NCBI GenBank assembly: GCA_028291125.1
Contig: JAQGIN010000543.1
Location: forward strand, 1 to 62,042
Direction: 5' to 3'
DNA from: Caulobacter sp.
Lineage (GTDB): Bacteria; Pseudomonadota; Alphaproteobacteria; Caulobacterales; Caulobacteraceae
Length of the DNA stretch: 62,042 bases
The notes under the pieces are model-generated. The model made no database searches and was not told the origin of the DNA. It worked only from the letters and a program-made list of their open reading frames with translations. A program made the position numbers and the translations under genes. How positions within the stretch are numbered: the stretch's first letter is position 1; each line of letters opens with the position of its first letter. Below are positions 25,642-35,654 of this stretch, one piece after another.

Positions 25642-26858
25642 GTGGTCTTTTCAGCCGCATGGCGTCCGGGTTCGATCCGGGCGCGCGCGACGCGACGGAT
25701 GATCGCTGGTTTGGCGGTGACGGGGCCGGCGCGATGGGCGGGCCGGTGACGGCCGACACGGTCATCATGGCCGGCGCGGTCTTCCCGATCGTGTCCGGCA
25801 TCGCCGAAACCATCGGCACGTTGCCGCTGGAGATCATCCGTCGGGACGGCTCGGCCGGCGAGGATTACCCGTACGCCGAGAGCCTGTGCGACGGGCCGAA
25901 CCCGCTGATGACGTCGGACGAATTCTGGTCGACCTTCGCATTCAACACCGTCTTGCGCGGGCGCGCCTACGCCGAACCGATCATTCACTCTTCCACAGAG
26001 CTGGAGCTGTGGCCGCTGTCGCCGGTCCGCCTGGTCGAGGACCATGGCGAGCGCACGTTTGGCGTCGACTATTTCTATGAAGACGGCAGGTCCCGGCGGT
26101 TCCGGCAGGGTGAGCTACTGACGGGCTCAGGGATCTCGACCGACGGCGTCTATTCGGTCGTGCCCTGGAAGACCGCTCGTCTGGCCATCGACATGGCCAA
26201 CACGCTGGAGGCGTTCGGGCGCGCCTTCTTCAAGAACGGCGCCAGGCCTTCCGGCGTTCTATCGACCGAGCAGACCCTGACCGAACCGGCGCTTGAGCGC
26301 CTGAAAAACCAGTTCAACGGCAACTTCGCGGGCGTGCTCAACGCCGGCAAGGTTCCGATCCTTGAGGCCTCCCTCAAGTACCTGCCGATCACGAACAACA
26401 ACGTCGATAACCAGTACCTCGAACTGCGCCGGAACGCCGTTCGCGAGGTCGCCCGCAACTGGCGCTATCCGCTGCACATGCTCGGCGAAAGCGAGAGCGA
26501 CGAGGACACCGAGCAGCGCGCCCTGGAGTTCGTCAAATACGTCATCCGCCCATGGACGGGCCGGATCGAAAAGGCCATCGGCCGCGATCTAATGACCCCG
26601 GCGCAGCGGCGCGTCTATAGGGCCAAGTTCGACCTCGACGGCCTGCTGCGCGGCGACAGCGCCACCCAATGGCGCAACGCGGTTTTGGCCCGCACGGCAA
26701 GCCTCGCCTCGGCGAACGAACTGCGGGTCGGCTGGTTCGACCTGCCGCGCATCGAAGAGGATTGGGCCGACGATCCGCGCACGCCACTGAACAGCAATCG
26801 CGCCGCCGACACCACGTCGGGCGGCATGACCTCCCCGCAAGATCGGACCGACGCATGA
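25638..26858 (+). CDS. HK97-family portal protein
   Basis: PNPLMT..EFW, FFKNGARPSGVL, NAGKVPILE, FDLDGLLRGD, NELR. Confidence 0.93.
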   Translation: MSGLFSRMASGFDPGARDATDDRWFGGDGAGAMGGPVTADTVIMAGAVFPIVSGIAETIGTLPLEIIRRDGSAGEDYPYAESLCDGPNPLMTSDEFWSTFAFNTVLRGRAYAEPIIHSSTELELWPLSPVRLVEDHGERTFGVDYFYEDGRSRRFRQGELLTGSGISTDGVYSVVPWKTARLAIDMANTLEAFGRAFFKNGARPSGVLSTEQTLTEPALERLKNQFNGNFAGVLNAGKVPILEASLKYLPITNNNVDNQYLELRRNAVREVARNWRYPLHMLGESESDEDTEQRALEFVKYVIRPWTGRIEKAIGRDLMTPAQRRVYRAKFDLDGLLRGDSATQWRNAVLARTASLASANELRVGWFDLPRIEEDWADDPRTPLNSNRAADTTSGGMTSPQDRTDA

Positions 26859-27724
26859 TCGAGATGACGAGCGCCCGCACGCTGTGGGCGATGCACCCCG
26901 CTGCTCTCGGCCAGCTGCTGGCGCAGGCGTCCGTTGGGGCCCTGCTGCCGGAAGCCCTGCGCAATCTGGCATCGCTTGGCGGCGCCCAGGCGCGGGCGCC
27001 GGCCGACCCGGTCCGCGATGGCGCGACGCTGATCGTGCCGCTGAATGGGCCGCTCTCGCCCAAGGGATCGTACGGCGGCACGAGTAGCGAGAAGTTCTCT
27101 GACGTGATCCGCGCCGCCGCCGGTGACGACAAGGTCGGCGTCACGGTCGTGCATATCGCCAGCCCCGGCGGCATGGTGTGGGGGACGCAGGAAGCGGCCG
27201 ATGCCGCGTACGAGCACCGCCAGGTCAAACCGATCGTGGCCGTCGCCAGCCCGTACGCCTTCTCGGCCGCGCATTGGATCGCGACCCAATGCTCGGCCTT
27301 CTATGCCAGCACCAGCGGCGAGGTCGGCTCTGTTGGGGTGCGCTGCGGCCACGTCGATATGTCCGGGTTCGAGGACAAGATCGGCATGAAAACGACGCTG
27401 ATCGCGTCGTCGCCGCAGAAGATCGCCGGCCACCCGTATGCGCCGCTGTCCGACGAGGACCGCGCCCAGATGCAGGCCGAAATCGACGAGATGAACCAGG
27501 TGTTCGCCGCCGCCATCGCGCGGGGGCGTGGCATCGCGCCGTCGGCCGTCGCCGGCCTGCATGGCGAGGGGCAGACCTTCTCGTCGGCGCGGGCCGCCGC
27601 TGCGGGCGTCACCGACGGTGTCATGACCTTGCGCGACGTGGTCGCCAAGTACGGTTCGAGCCGCAACCGGCTGGCGCTGATGCGCCGCCGCGCCGAGGCG
27701 CACCGGGTCCTGCACTCGATCTAG
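26855..27724 (+). CDS. S49-family prohead protease
   Basis: IASPGG, AFSAAHWIA, VGSVGV, IARGRG. Confidence 0.9.
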   Translation: MIEMTSARTLWAMHPAALGQLLAQASVGALLPEALRNLASLGGAQARAPADPVRDGATLIVPLNGPLSPKGSYGGTSSEKFSDVIRAAAGDDKVGVTVVHIASPGGMVWGTQEAADAAYEHRQVKPIVAVASPYAFSAAHWIATQCSAFYASTSGEVGSVGVRCGHVDMSGFEDKIGMKTTLIASSPQKIAGHPYAPLSDEDRAQMQAEIDEMNQVFAAAIARGRGIAPSAVAGLHGEGQTFSSARAAAAGVTDGVMTLRDVVAKYGSSRNRLALMRRRAEAHRVLHSI

Positions 27725-27815
27725 AGATCTCCGCGCATCCCGCGCGAGACGGCCGCCGCAAGGCGGCCTCCACGGGCACCTCGCCCTTCCACGGCCTTAA
27801 CCCATAGGAGGTTCC

Positions 27816-29120
27816 ATGAACCTGGCCCAACTCCAGGCCGAAGCGCGGGAAATCGCCACGCGCCAAGCCGCCCGTCTGCAATCCGCCCTCGACGCCAATC
27901 GTGACCTGACGCCGGAAGAAGAAACGGCCGATGCGTCCGACGCCAGCCGGCTCGCCGAGCTGCAAGCCTCGATCGCTCGGGCCACGGCCCTGCAGCAACG
28001 TCTGTCGACCGCCTCGGCCATCGCCCTGGCGCCGGCCGCCGCCGCCCCGCCCGCTCGCACGGCTTCGCCCCTGGCCGAGCCGCAGCCGCGCAACAACGCG
28101 TCGGGCTTCCGCAACCTCGCCGAGTTCGGCACGGCGGTGCGGCTGGCCAATCCGGCCGCCGGCAACGCCTTCCGTATGGACGAACGCCTCGCGGCCCCGA
28201 CCAACGTCGTCATGGAAACCGGCGACGCCGCCGGCTCCTACCTGGTGCCCGCCGAGTTCCGCGATGAGATCATCCGTCTGGTCTACGACGACGGCGGCTC
28301 CGATCCGATCCTCGACCTGATCGCGCCGAAGCCGACCGCCTCGAACCGGGTTGGCGGCATCGGCTCGGAAACCACTCCGTGGGGCACCGGCGGCGTCCAG
28401 GCCCGCTGGCGGGTCGAGGGCGAGCAGATGACCCCGTCGCGGACCGGCCTCAAGCCGCGCGAGGTCAAGCTCAATGAGGTGTACGCCTTCGTGCTCGCCA
28501 CCGAGGAAGTGCTCGAAGACGCTCCGCGCCTCCAGTATCTGCTGACGAACGAGTCGGCCGCCGCCATCCGCTGGAAAGTCGGCGACGCCTTCATGAACGC
28601 TGACGGCATCGAAAAGCCCCTGGGCTGGTTGGCGTCCGACGCGCTGGTGACGGTGGCCAAGGAAACCGGCCAGGCCGCCGATTCCGTCGTGCGCCAGAAC
28701 GTCGGCAAGATGTTCGCGCGCATGATCAACCCCGGCCAAGCCGTCTGGCTGGGCAATTCGGACATCATGCCGTCGATCATGGATCTGAAAACGGATCTGG
28801 GTCAGCCGGTGTGGTTCCCGAACTATCAGGAAGCCCCCGGCGGCACACTGCTGGGTCGCCCGGTCTACTTCACCGAGCACGCCCAAACCATCGGCGACCT
28901 GGGCGACCTGCAGTTCGTCAACCCCAACGGCTACGACGCCTATCGCAAGCAGAACGGCGTCACCTTCGCCGACAGCATCCACCTCTACTTCGACTACAAC
29001 ATCCGGGCCTTCCGCTGGATCTTCCGGGTGGGCGGCCAGCCGCTGCTGTCGGCGCCCGTTGCGCCGGCCAACGGCTCGAACAGCAAGTCGCACTTCGTCG
29101 CCCTGGCCGCCCGCGCCTAA
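27816..29120 (+). CDS. major capsid protein (HK97 fold)
   Basis: N-terminal delta coil, GSYLVP, EEVLED, G..KPLG, LLGRPV, AFRW.FR.GGQP. Confidence 0.93.
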   Translation: MNLAQLQAEAREIATRQAARLQSALDANRDLTPEEETADASDASRLAELQASIARATALQQRLSTASAIALAPAAAAPPARTASPLAEPQPRNNASGFRNLAEFGTAVRLANPAAGNAFRMDERLAAPTNVVMETGDAAGSYLVPAEFRDEIIRLVYDDGGSDPILDLIAPKPTASNRVGGIGSETTPWGTGGVQARWRVEGEQMTPSRTGLKPREVKLNEVYAFVLATEEVLEDAPRLQYLLTNESAAAIRWKVGDAFMNADGIEKPLGWLASDALVTVAKETGQAADSVVRQNVGKMFARMINPGQAVWLGNSDIMPSIMDLKTDLGQPVWFPNYQEAPGGTLLGRPVYFTEHAQTIGDLGDLQFVNPNGYDAYRKQNGVTFADSIHLYFDYNIRAFRWIFRVGGQPLLSAPVAPANGSNSKSHFVALAARA

Positions 29121-29139
29121 TCGCGCGGCCCGCCTGAAC

Positions 29140-29165
29140 GCCCCGCGCGCCCAGCGCGCGGGGTT
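29140..29165 (+). terminator. GC-rich hairpin after capsid gene
   Basis: CCCCGCGCGC-cca-GCGCGCGGGG stem. Confidence 0.5.
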
Positions 29166-29207
29166 GCGTCCCCGTCAGCCTCCCATTCCCTCAGAAGGAA
29201 CCCTGAG

Positions 29208-29660
29208 ATGAACAGCAATCTCAACCCCTCGGCCCGCGCTTCGGTCGTGGGCGTAATCGACCCGGACGCCTACGCGGCCGGCACCTATACGACCGCCTGG
29301 GTCGACATGCAGGACTGGTATGCCCTGCTGGCCGTGCCGATGGTCGGCGATTTCGTCGCCACCGGCGTTCTGAACGCCAAGTTCCAGCAGGCGACCGACG
29401 CCGCTGGCGCCGGCGTCAAGGATGTCGTCGGCGGCGCGATCACCGCCATGACCCAGGCCGGCACCGACGACAACAAGCAGGCGCTCGTCAACCTGCTGCC
29501 GTCGGACCTCGACTACAACGCCGGCTTCCGCTTCGCGCGGTTCTCGGCCACGCTCAGCACCGCCGGCGCCGACTTCGGCGCCGTCGTGCTCGGCCTCAGC
29601 CCGCGCTACGGCGACGCGACGGCGAATGACGCCGCCACCGTCGACGAAGTCGTCTCCTAA
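29208..29660 (+). CDS. capsid-associated/decoration protein
   Basis: Follows MCP; WVDM..., QATDAAG.G.K pattern. Confidence 0.65.
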   Translation: MNSNLNPSARASVVGVIDPDAYAAGTYTTAWVDMQDWYALLAVPMVGDFVATGVLNAKFQQATDAAGAGVKDVVGGAITAMTQAGTDDNKQALVNLLPSDLDYNAGFRFARFSATLSTAGADFGAVVLGLSPRYGDATANDAATVDEVVS

Positions 29661-29672
29661 GGGGGCTTGGTC

Positions 29673-29969
29673 ATGACGATCAAGTTCCTGAAAGATTATT
29701 CCGTCGGCACGCCGCCGGAGGTCTTTGCGGCCGGCGACGTGGTCGACGGTCGGGGCGAGGCGTCGGAACTGCACTTCGTGCGGCGCGGCGTCGCGGCTTA
29801 CCGTTCGGCCGAAGGGGTGTTGACGGACGTTGACGGCTGCGTCATCGGCCACGACGAGCCGGTGATCGAGCCGGTGATCGAGCCGGTGATCGAGCCCGAC
29901 ACCCGCGCCGCTGCGGCGGCCCAGGCCGTCGGCGTCGCCGACGTCAAGCCCGCCAAGAAGGCGAAATAG
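29673..29969 (+). CDS. hypothetical head-region protein with (EPVI)3 repeat
   Basis: ORF between decoration and connector genes. Confidence 0.65.
   Translation: MTIKFLKDYSVGTPPEVFAAGDVVDGRGEASELHFVRRGVAAYRSAEGVLTDVDGCVIGHDEPVIEPVIEPVIEPDTRAAAAAQAVGVADVKPAKKAK
29856..29896 (+). repeat. 12-bp tandem repeat GAGCCGGTGATC x3.4
   Basis: Exact in-frame repeats. Confidence 0.9.
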
Positions 29970-29971
29970 GC

Positions 29972-30529
29972 ATGGCCGTCGTCGTCATCACGCCCGCCGG
30001 CTCGCTCGTCGAGCTGACGGCCGTAAAAGAGCACCTCAACATCCTGTTCGATGACGACGACGCCCTGCTTGAGGGCCTGATCGCGGCCGTCTCCGACCAC
30101 CTGGACGGCCCCGACGGCTGGCTCGGCCGCGCGGTCGGCCTGCAGACCCTCGAATGGTGGCTCCCGGCCTTTCCGCGCCTTGGTCCGCTGCTGATGCCCT
30201 TCGGGCCGCTGGTCGACATCGTGTCCGTGAAATACGACGCGATCGACAACAGCGAGCTGACCTGGTCGGCGGGTGACTACCGGGTCCATGGCGGACGCCT
30301 TCTGCCGGGCTTTGGCAGGTCGTGGCCGACGGCGCGCTGCGACCCCCTCGCGGTGCGAATCCAATTCCGGGCCGGTTTCGAAGAGACGCCGCCAGCTGTT
30401 CGGGTCGCGGTCATGATGATCGTGGCTGAACTCTACGCCGCGCGCGAACCGGTGACGGCGGCGCAGCTGGCCGAGCGTCCGAAGTCCGGGCCGGTGCAGA
30501 TGCTGCTCGCGCGGACGCCGAGGGTCTGA
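29972..30529 (+). CDS. head-tail connector
   Basis: VKEHLNI..DDDD.LL..LI.A...HLDG..GWLGRA...QT. Confidence 0.85.
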   Translation: MAVVVITPAGSLVELTAVKEHLNILFDDDDALLEGLIAAVSDHLDGPDGWLGRAVGLQTLEWWLPAFPRLGPLLMPFGPLVDIVSVKYDAIDNSELTWSAGDYRVHGGRLLPGFGRSWPTARCDPLAVRIQFRAGFEETPPAVRVAVMMIVAELYAAREPVTAAQLAERPKSGPVQMLLARTPRV

Positions 30530-30531
30530 CG

Positions 30532-30747
30532 ATGCCATGGGTCCGCTTCACCGCAGACTTCGACTTTACCCCGGCCAAAGAGCGCCGGGTGACCATCGGT
30601 TATCTGGCGGGCATGCGCATGCTGGTCACCACAGAGTGTTTCACGAGGGCCAAGGCCAAGGGCCGGGCCGTCCGTATCGCGACGCCACGGCGAGAGCAGG
30701 CGAACCAGGTTCGCGGGGAGAGCGCCGATGGCTTGGACCCCTCCTAA
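30532..30747 (+). CDS. small hypothetical protein
   Basis: MPWVRFTADFDF.P...Y.AG. Confidence 0.65.
   Translation: MPWVRFTADFDFTPAKERRVTIGYLAGMRMLVTTECFTRAKAKGRAVRIATPRREQANQVRGESADGLDPS
30700..30714. repeat. dispersed palindrome copy 7 GCGAACCAGGTTCGC
   Basis: Perfect 7-1-7 palindrome. Confidence 0.88.
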
Positions 30748-31090
30748 TCGCGCCGAGCTGCGCGCCCGCGTTCGGTTCGAAAAGCGCATCGGCCGGTCAA
30801 ACGTCGGCGGCGTCGTCCGGTCCACGTGGGAGACGTTCTGCCCTGACCGTCGTGTTCGCCTGCTGCCGCTGCGCGGCGGCGAGGATGTCCAGGCGGATCG
30901 CGCCGCTGGCGTGTCGATCTGGGTCTTGGACGTACCCGCCGACGCGGTCCTGCGCGGCGTCACCACGGATATGCGCGCGGTCGATTGCCGCGACGAAACG
31001 CGGACCTGGAATATCAAGTCCGTCCTCGATCTGCTCGGCACCGACCTTTGGCGAACCATGACCTTGGAATTTGGGGGCGCCGATGGCTAG
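30728..31090 (+). CDS. head closure / head-tail adaptor
   Basis: LRARVRFEKR...GG...W...PLRGGE...WNIKSV. Confidence 0.8.
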   Translation: MAWTPPNRAELRARVRFEKRIGRSNVGGVVRSTWETFCPDRRVRLLPLRGGEDVQADRAAGVSIWVLDVPADAVLRGVTTDMRAVDCRDETRTWNIKSVLDLLGTDLWRTMTLEFGGADG

Positions 31091-31637
31091 CAAGGTGAAG
31101 GGCCTCGACCGCCTGCTGCGCCAGCTGGAGGCGCTGCCGAACAGCGTCCGCTCGGCGCTGTACGACAGCCTGGCCGAGGGTGCGAAGGACATGGCCGGCG
31201 CCATCGCGCGGGCGGCGCCGGAGCGCGACGGCGACCTCAAGGCGTCCGTCGGTTGGTCCGAGGGCGAGCCGCCGCCGACCAAGGCGACCGGCGCCTTTCG
31301 GTTCACCGTCAAGAAGCTCGGCCCCCAGGGCCGGGCCTTGAACGACGCGGGTCTGCTGTTCAGCGTCTATGCCGGCGACGACAAGGCCTATTACGCTCGC
31401 TGGGTCGAGTTCGGCACTTCGGCGAAGGCCGCCATTGGCGCGCGCTACCGCATCTCCCGCAGCATTTCGAGTTTGCCGGGTCGTCGCGTCCGCGCGCGCA
31501 AGGCCGCCCGCGCTCATGCCGCCACGCCCGCGCAACCGTTCTTCTATCCGACCATCCGGGCGAACAAGAAAGTCCTTCGCGCGCGAGTCATCCGCGCCGC
31601 CAACCGCGCCGCCAAGGCCGTCGCGGCCCTGCGATGA
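31083..31637 (+). CDS. HK97 gp10-like tail component
   Basis: KGLDRL, AP...GDLKAS, YARWVEFGT, AQPFFYP. Confidence 0.85.
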   Translation: MASKVKGLDRLLRQLEALPNSVRSALYDSLAEGAKDMAGAIARAAPERDGDLKASVGWSEGEPPPTKATGAFRFTVKKLGPQGRALNDAGLLFSVYAGDDKAYYARWVEFGTSAKAAIGARYRISRSISSLPGRRVRARKAARAHAATPAQPFFYPTIRANKKVLRARVIRAANRAAKAVAALR

Positions 31638-32059
31638 CCAGCCCGACTGTTGAACTGCAAAAGGCCGGCGGCGCGGCCCTGCTGGCCGATGCCGGTGTGA
31701 TCTCCATCGTGGCCGGCACCCCGGACGGACCCGCCGTCTTCGCTGCCGGGCAGGACTTCGACGACGTCTTTCCGCGTGTGACCTTCGGGGCGCCGCAGCG
31801 GGTCGCAATTCCGTCGAGCTGCGGTGTCTCCGCCAACCTGTTCTGGACGCTGCACAGCTGGGCGCGCGGGCCGGACTGCACCCAAGTGGCCGCCGAACTG
31901 GCCGACGCGGTCATTGTCGCCCTCACCGGGCTGCTCCTGCTCGCAGGCTGGCGCGTGAGCAGCTTTGGCCTCGTGGCCTCACGGCCTGTCGGCGACCCTG
32001 AGCCGACGACCGAGCACTTCGTGACCGAGATGCGGTTCACGGTCCACCAGGCCGCCTGA
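31634..32059 (+). CDS. DUF3168 tail terminator
   Basis: ELQKA...L.AD, FPRVT.G, LHSW. Confidence 0.8.
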   Translation: MTSPTVELQKAGGAALLADAGVISIVAGTPDGPAVFAAGQDFDDVFPRVTFGAPQRVAIPSSCGVSANLFWTLHSWARGPDCTQVAAELADAVIVALTGLLLLAGWRVSSFGLVASRPVGDPEPTTEHFVTEMRFTVHQAA

Positions 32060-32093
32060 CGGCCTTTCTCTTCCGACCTCAAAGGAGCTTCCC

Positions 32094-32540
32094 ATGGTCG
32101 ATACCTATGTCGAAGGCGTCACCGGCGACGAACTGGTCTTCAAGTTCGGCAACGATGCCGAGCCCGCCGCCTTCACGGCCGCCTGTTCGGTCAACACCGA
32201 GCGCAAAATCGAGTTCACCAGCGAGGTGATCGAGAGCATGCGCGCCAACTGCACCGACCCGAAAAAGCCCGGCAGGCGATCCCGGCGCGTGAAGAGCACG
32301 GACATCAAGTTCACCGGCTCCGGCGTCGCCGACAAAGCCTCGGCGAACCTGCTGGTCGCCCTGCAGCAGGCGGGCTTGCCGTTCCCCGGCAAGGTCATCC
32401 AGGCGCTGGCCGACGGCTTCACCATCACCGGCAAGTGGGTGATCGAGAGCCTGAGCATGGGCGGCACCGCCCAGGAAGATCAGACCTTCGACATCTCGCT
32501 GGCCATCGCGGACGCCGATTACACGCTGGTGTTCGACTAA
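32094..32540 (+). CDS. major tail tube protein
   Basis: KFGNDA.P..F..AC, C.DP..P, FTGSGV; GGAG RBS. Confidence 0.82.
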   Translation: MVDTYVEGVTGDELVFKFGNDAEPAAFTAACSVNTERKIEFTSEVIESMRANCTDPKKPGRRSRRVKSTDIKFTGSGVADKASANLLVALQQAGLPFPGKVIQALADGFTITGKWVIESLSMGGTAQEDQTFDISLAIADADYTLVFD

Positions 32541-33008
32541 ATGAGCCGGGACGCTTCCATCCGGCTCGATTGGGGCGATGACGAGTTTCTGTTCAAGGTC
32601 GGAATCGGCCAGTGGCGGAAGATCCAAGAGCGGTGCGACGCTGGTCCCGGCGAGATCTATCGCCGCTTGATCAGCGTCGCCACGGCGCTGCAAACCGGTG
32701 CATCGCTCGCCGAGGCCGCGTCGTTTGGCATGATCGGCGATTGGCGGATCGACGACGTTCGCGAGGTCATTCTGCAGGCGCTGGTCGGCGGCGGGCTTTC
32801 GGAAATTCAGGCCGCCGTGCTGGTCCGTGATCGCGTCGACAAGGACGCCGATTTCAAGGTGCACTTGGCCTTGGCCTTCGCGATCGTTCGCGCCGCCCTG
32901 GGCGACGTACCGGACGAAGCCGTGGGGGAGAAGCCGGGGAGGGCGAAGCGCCGGGCGCCCTCCCGCGCGGCAAGATCCGGTTCGCGCCCCTCTACGCCAA
33001 CGGCCTGA
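32541..33008 (+). CDS. tail assembly chaperone (G); -1 frameshift at GGGGGAG 32924-32930 gives a GT product ending at 33160
   Basis: IQERCDAGP, WRIDDVREVI...LVGGG; -1 frame open to TGA 33158-33160 just before the tape measure ATG. Confidence 0.82.
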   Translation: MSRDASIRLDWGDDEFLFKVGIGQWRKIQERCDAGPGEIYRRLISVATALQTGASLAEAASFGMIGDWRIDDVREVILQALVGGGLSEIQAAVLVRDRVDKDADFKVHLALAFAIVRAALGDVPDEAVGEKPGRAKRRAPSRAARSGSRPSTPTA

Positions 33009-33161
33009 TTATGGGGATGGACCCAGAAAGGGTCGATCGCCTGAGCCTGTGGCAATTCGGGGTTTGCCTCAAAGCCCACAACCGCGCCAACGGCGTCGCC
33101 GCCAAGGCGAAGCCGCCGAGCGCCGCGCAGCATCGCGAGCGCGTGATGAGGTATTCCTGAC

Positions 33162-35654
33162 ATGGCCCGCACTGACCTGGAGCAGCTCGTCTATCAGATG
33201 TCGGCCGAGCTGAAACAGCTCACGGCCGCCAACAAGCGAGCCTTGGTGGACGTGAAGAACACGACCACCCGCGCCCAGCGCGACTATGACAAGCTGGCGG
33301 CTGAGATGGGGCGCGGCTTCGGCCGCGCCTCGCTCGCTGCCGGCGTCGCGTTCGGCGCCATCGTCGGTTACGCGACCAAGGCCGCGAGCGACGCGAGCGA
33401 GACCGCCAACGCGTTCAGCGTCGCGTTCGGTAGCCTCGAGAAGCAAGCCCAGGCCTTCGCCAAATCCTATTCGTCGGATGTCGGCCGCGCCTTGGACGAA
33501 ACCCAGGCGACTCTGGCCAAGACGCAGCTGGTCCTGACCGGCGTCGGCGTCGCGGCCAAGGATGCGCTCGGCATGACCGAGGCCATTCAGCGCCGTGCGG
33601 TCGACATCGGCTCGCTGTGGAACGTCAGCGACGCGGAGGCCTATCAGGCGATCCTGTCGGGCATTTCGGGCGAAGCCGAGCCGCTGAAGAAGTTCGGCGT
33701 GGCGCTGAATGAAGCGGCCGTGAAGGCCGAGCTGCTGCGGCTGGGCTTCAAGGGCAACGCCGATCAGGCGCCTGAGGCCGCCAAGGCCATCGCGCGCCTG
33801 AACATCATTCTTAAGGCCAGCGCCAGCGCCGATGGCGACGCCATCAAGACCAAGGACGGCCTCGCCAACAGCACCAAGCGCGCCCAGGCAGAGTTCCGCG
33901 ACGCGGCGGTCGCGTTGGGTCAGAACTTCCTGCCGACCGCCACCCTGGCCGCCCACGCTGCCGCCGACCTGCTGGAGGAGTTCAACAAGCTTCCCGATGG
34001 CGCGAAGCTGGCCGGTCTGGCGATGCTGGGCCTGGTCGCCGGCGCCGGTCCGATCACCGCCGTGATCACCGGCCTGACGAACCTGATCAAGTTCGCTGGC
34101 GCGGCCCGCCTCGCCATCCTGGCTATCCCTGGCTCCCCCGCTGCTGCGTCAGCGGCTGCCGCTGCCGCTGCTGGCGCGCCGATCGCGGCCACGGCGGCGG
34201 TCCTCGCCCTCTCGGGCGATACGCGGAGGTTCACCGCTCAAGACGCCCTGAATGCGAGGCTCGCTGACGAAGTCGAGGCCCGCAAGAAGATCGCGGAATA
34301 CGAGGACAAGACCGGAGCATCGGCGCAGCGCAAGCTGCAATTCTGGAAAGATGCGCTGGCCACCACCCAGGCCGAAATCGTCAGCCTGCGGGCACGCGAG
34401 CGCGCTGAGACCAGGTCAGCTAACCGTGCGGATCAGCGAAAGAAGGCGGCCAGCGGCGCGACCAGCCTGCCGTCCACCGCCACGCCCGCCACGACGAATT
34501 TCGGCCTGACGCCGGACCTCATGAAGCCTACCGGCGGGGCGCCGAAGAAGACCGGCAAGAGTGAAGCGGAAAAGGCCGCCGACCTGACTGCGCGCCAGGA
34601 CGACCGGTTCAACGCCGATCTGGCGCGTGCGAAGGACGATGAGCTGCGGTCGCGGGAGGGGCTAAACCGCTCGATCGAAGAACAGGCGCGCATCGCGCTA
34701 GACCGGCTCAAGAACGACGAAACGGCGCGCGCCGAGGATCTGCGTCTCGCCGTCCAAAAGAAAGAGCTGACCCAGACGCAGGCTGACCTGCTCGTTGTTG
34801 CCGAGGGGAAGGCGCGCGATGCGCAGCGCGAAGCCATCCAAGACCAGAAGTCGCGCGACCTCGCCGCTGTGGCGTTGCGTCAAGCGCAGGAGGTCGCTGG
34901 CTATGAGCTGGACGTCCTCCAGAGCCAGGCCGCGCTGGCCACGACCTTCTCAGAGCGCCTCGCGATCGAGCGTCGCATACTGGCGTTGCGCCAGTCGCAA
35001 GAGAGCGCCGGGCTTGAGCAGGATCTCTCGACCGACCCCAACCTGACGCCCGATATGAAGCTGGCGCGCCGCCGGGGCCTTGCCGCCGCGCAAGCGTCGG
35101 CCGTGCAGGCCCTGGATGAGGGGGCCATCGCCAACCTCAAGGCCAATATCCTTTCGGCATTTGAGGCCGCGAAGGGTGGGATCGGTTCGCTGGCGGACTT
35201 CTTCGGCGACCGCCTGAAGGCCAAGTTGCTCGAAAACCTGGCGGACGGCTTGGCGCGCTGGGTCATGAAGGGCGGCGGGGGCGGGGCGTCCTCTCTGGAC
35301 GGCCTCGCCAAGGTTGGCCAAGCCTTCGCCGGCCTCTTCGACGGGGGCGGCAACATCCCGACTGGAATGTTCGGGGTCGCGGGCGAGCGCGGGCCGGAAA
35401 TCGTCAAAGGCCCGGCGTCGGTCGTCGGCCGGCTGGACACCCTGCGCGCCGTCCGCAGCGGCATGCAGGCGACGCCCGCCAACCAAGGCGGCTCAACCAC
35501 CATCACGCTGCATCAAACCATCGACCTGACCGGCGCGAATGGCGACGCGACCATTCGGGCCATCGCCTACGACGCAGCGATTCAAGGCTTCCAGGCCGCG
35601 CGGGTCGCCGCCGGCGCCGACTTGGCCCGCAAGGGCAGGAACGTGATCCCCTGA
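33162..35654 (+). CDS. tail tape measure protein
   Basis: 830 aa, Ala-rich helical; GE.EPLKKFGV; FDGGG...VAGERGPE. Confidence 0.92.
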   Translation: MARTDLEQLVYQMSAELKQLTAANKRALVDVKNTTTRAQRDYDKLAAEMGRGFGRASLAAGVAFGAIVGYATKAASDASETANAFSVAFGSLEKQAQAFAKSYSSDVGRALDETQATLAKTQLVLTGVGVAAKDALGMTEAIQRRAVDIGSLWNVSDAEAYQAILSGISGEAEPLKKFGVALNEAAVKAELLRLGFKGNADQAPEAAKAIARLNIILKASASADGDAIKTKDGLANSTKRAQAEFRDAAVALGQNFLPTATLAAHAAADLLEEFNKLPDGAKLAGLAMLGLVAGAGPITAVITGLTNLIKFAGAARLAILAIPGSPAAASAAAAAAAGAPIAATAAVLALSGDTRRFTAQDALNARLADEVEARKKIAEYEDKTGASAQRKLQFWKDALATTQAEIVSLRARERAETRSANRADQRKKAASGATSLPSTATPATTNFGLTPDLMKPTGGAPKKTGKSEAEKAADLTARQDDRFNADLARAKDDELRSREGLNRSIEEQARIALDRLKNDETARAEDLRLAVQKKELTQTQADLLVVAEGKARDAQREAIQDQKSRDLAAVALRQAQEVAGYELDVLQSQAALATTFSERLAIERRILALRQSQESAGLEQDLSTDPNLTPDMKLARRRGLAAAQASAVQALDEGAIANLKANILSAFEAAKGGIGSLADFFGDRLKAKLLENLADGLARWVMKGGGGGASSLDGLAKVGQAFAGLFDGGGNIPTGMFGVAGERGPEIVKGPASVVGRLDTLRAVRSGMQATPANQGGSTTITLHQTIDLTGANGDATIRAIAYDAAIQGFQAARVAAGADLARKGRNVIP

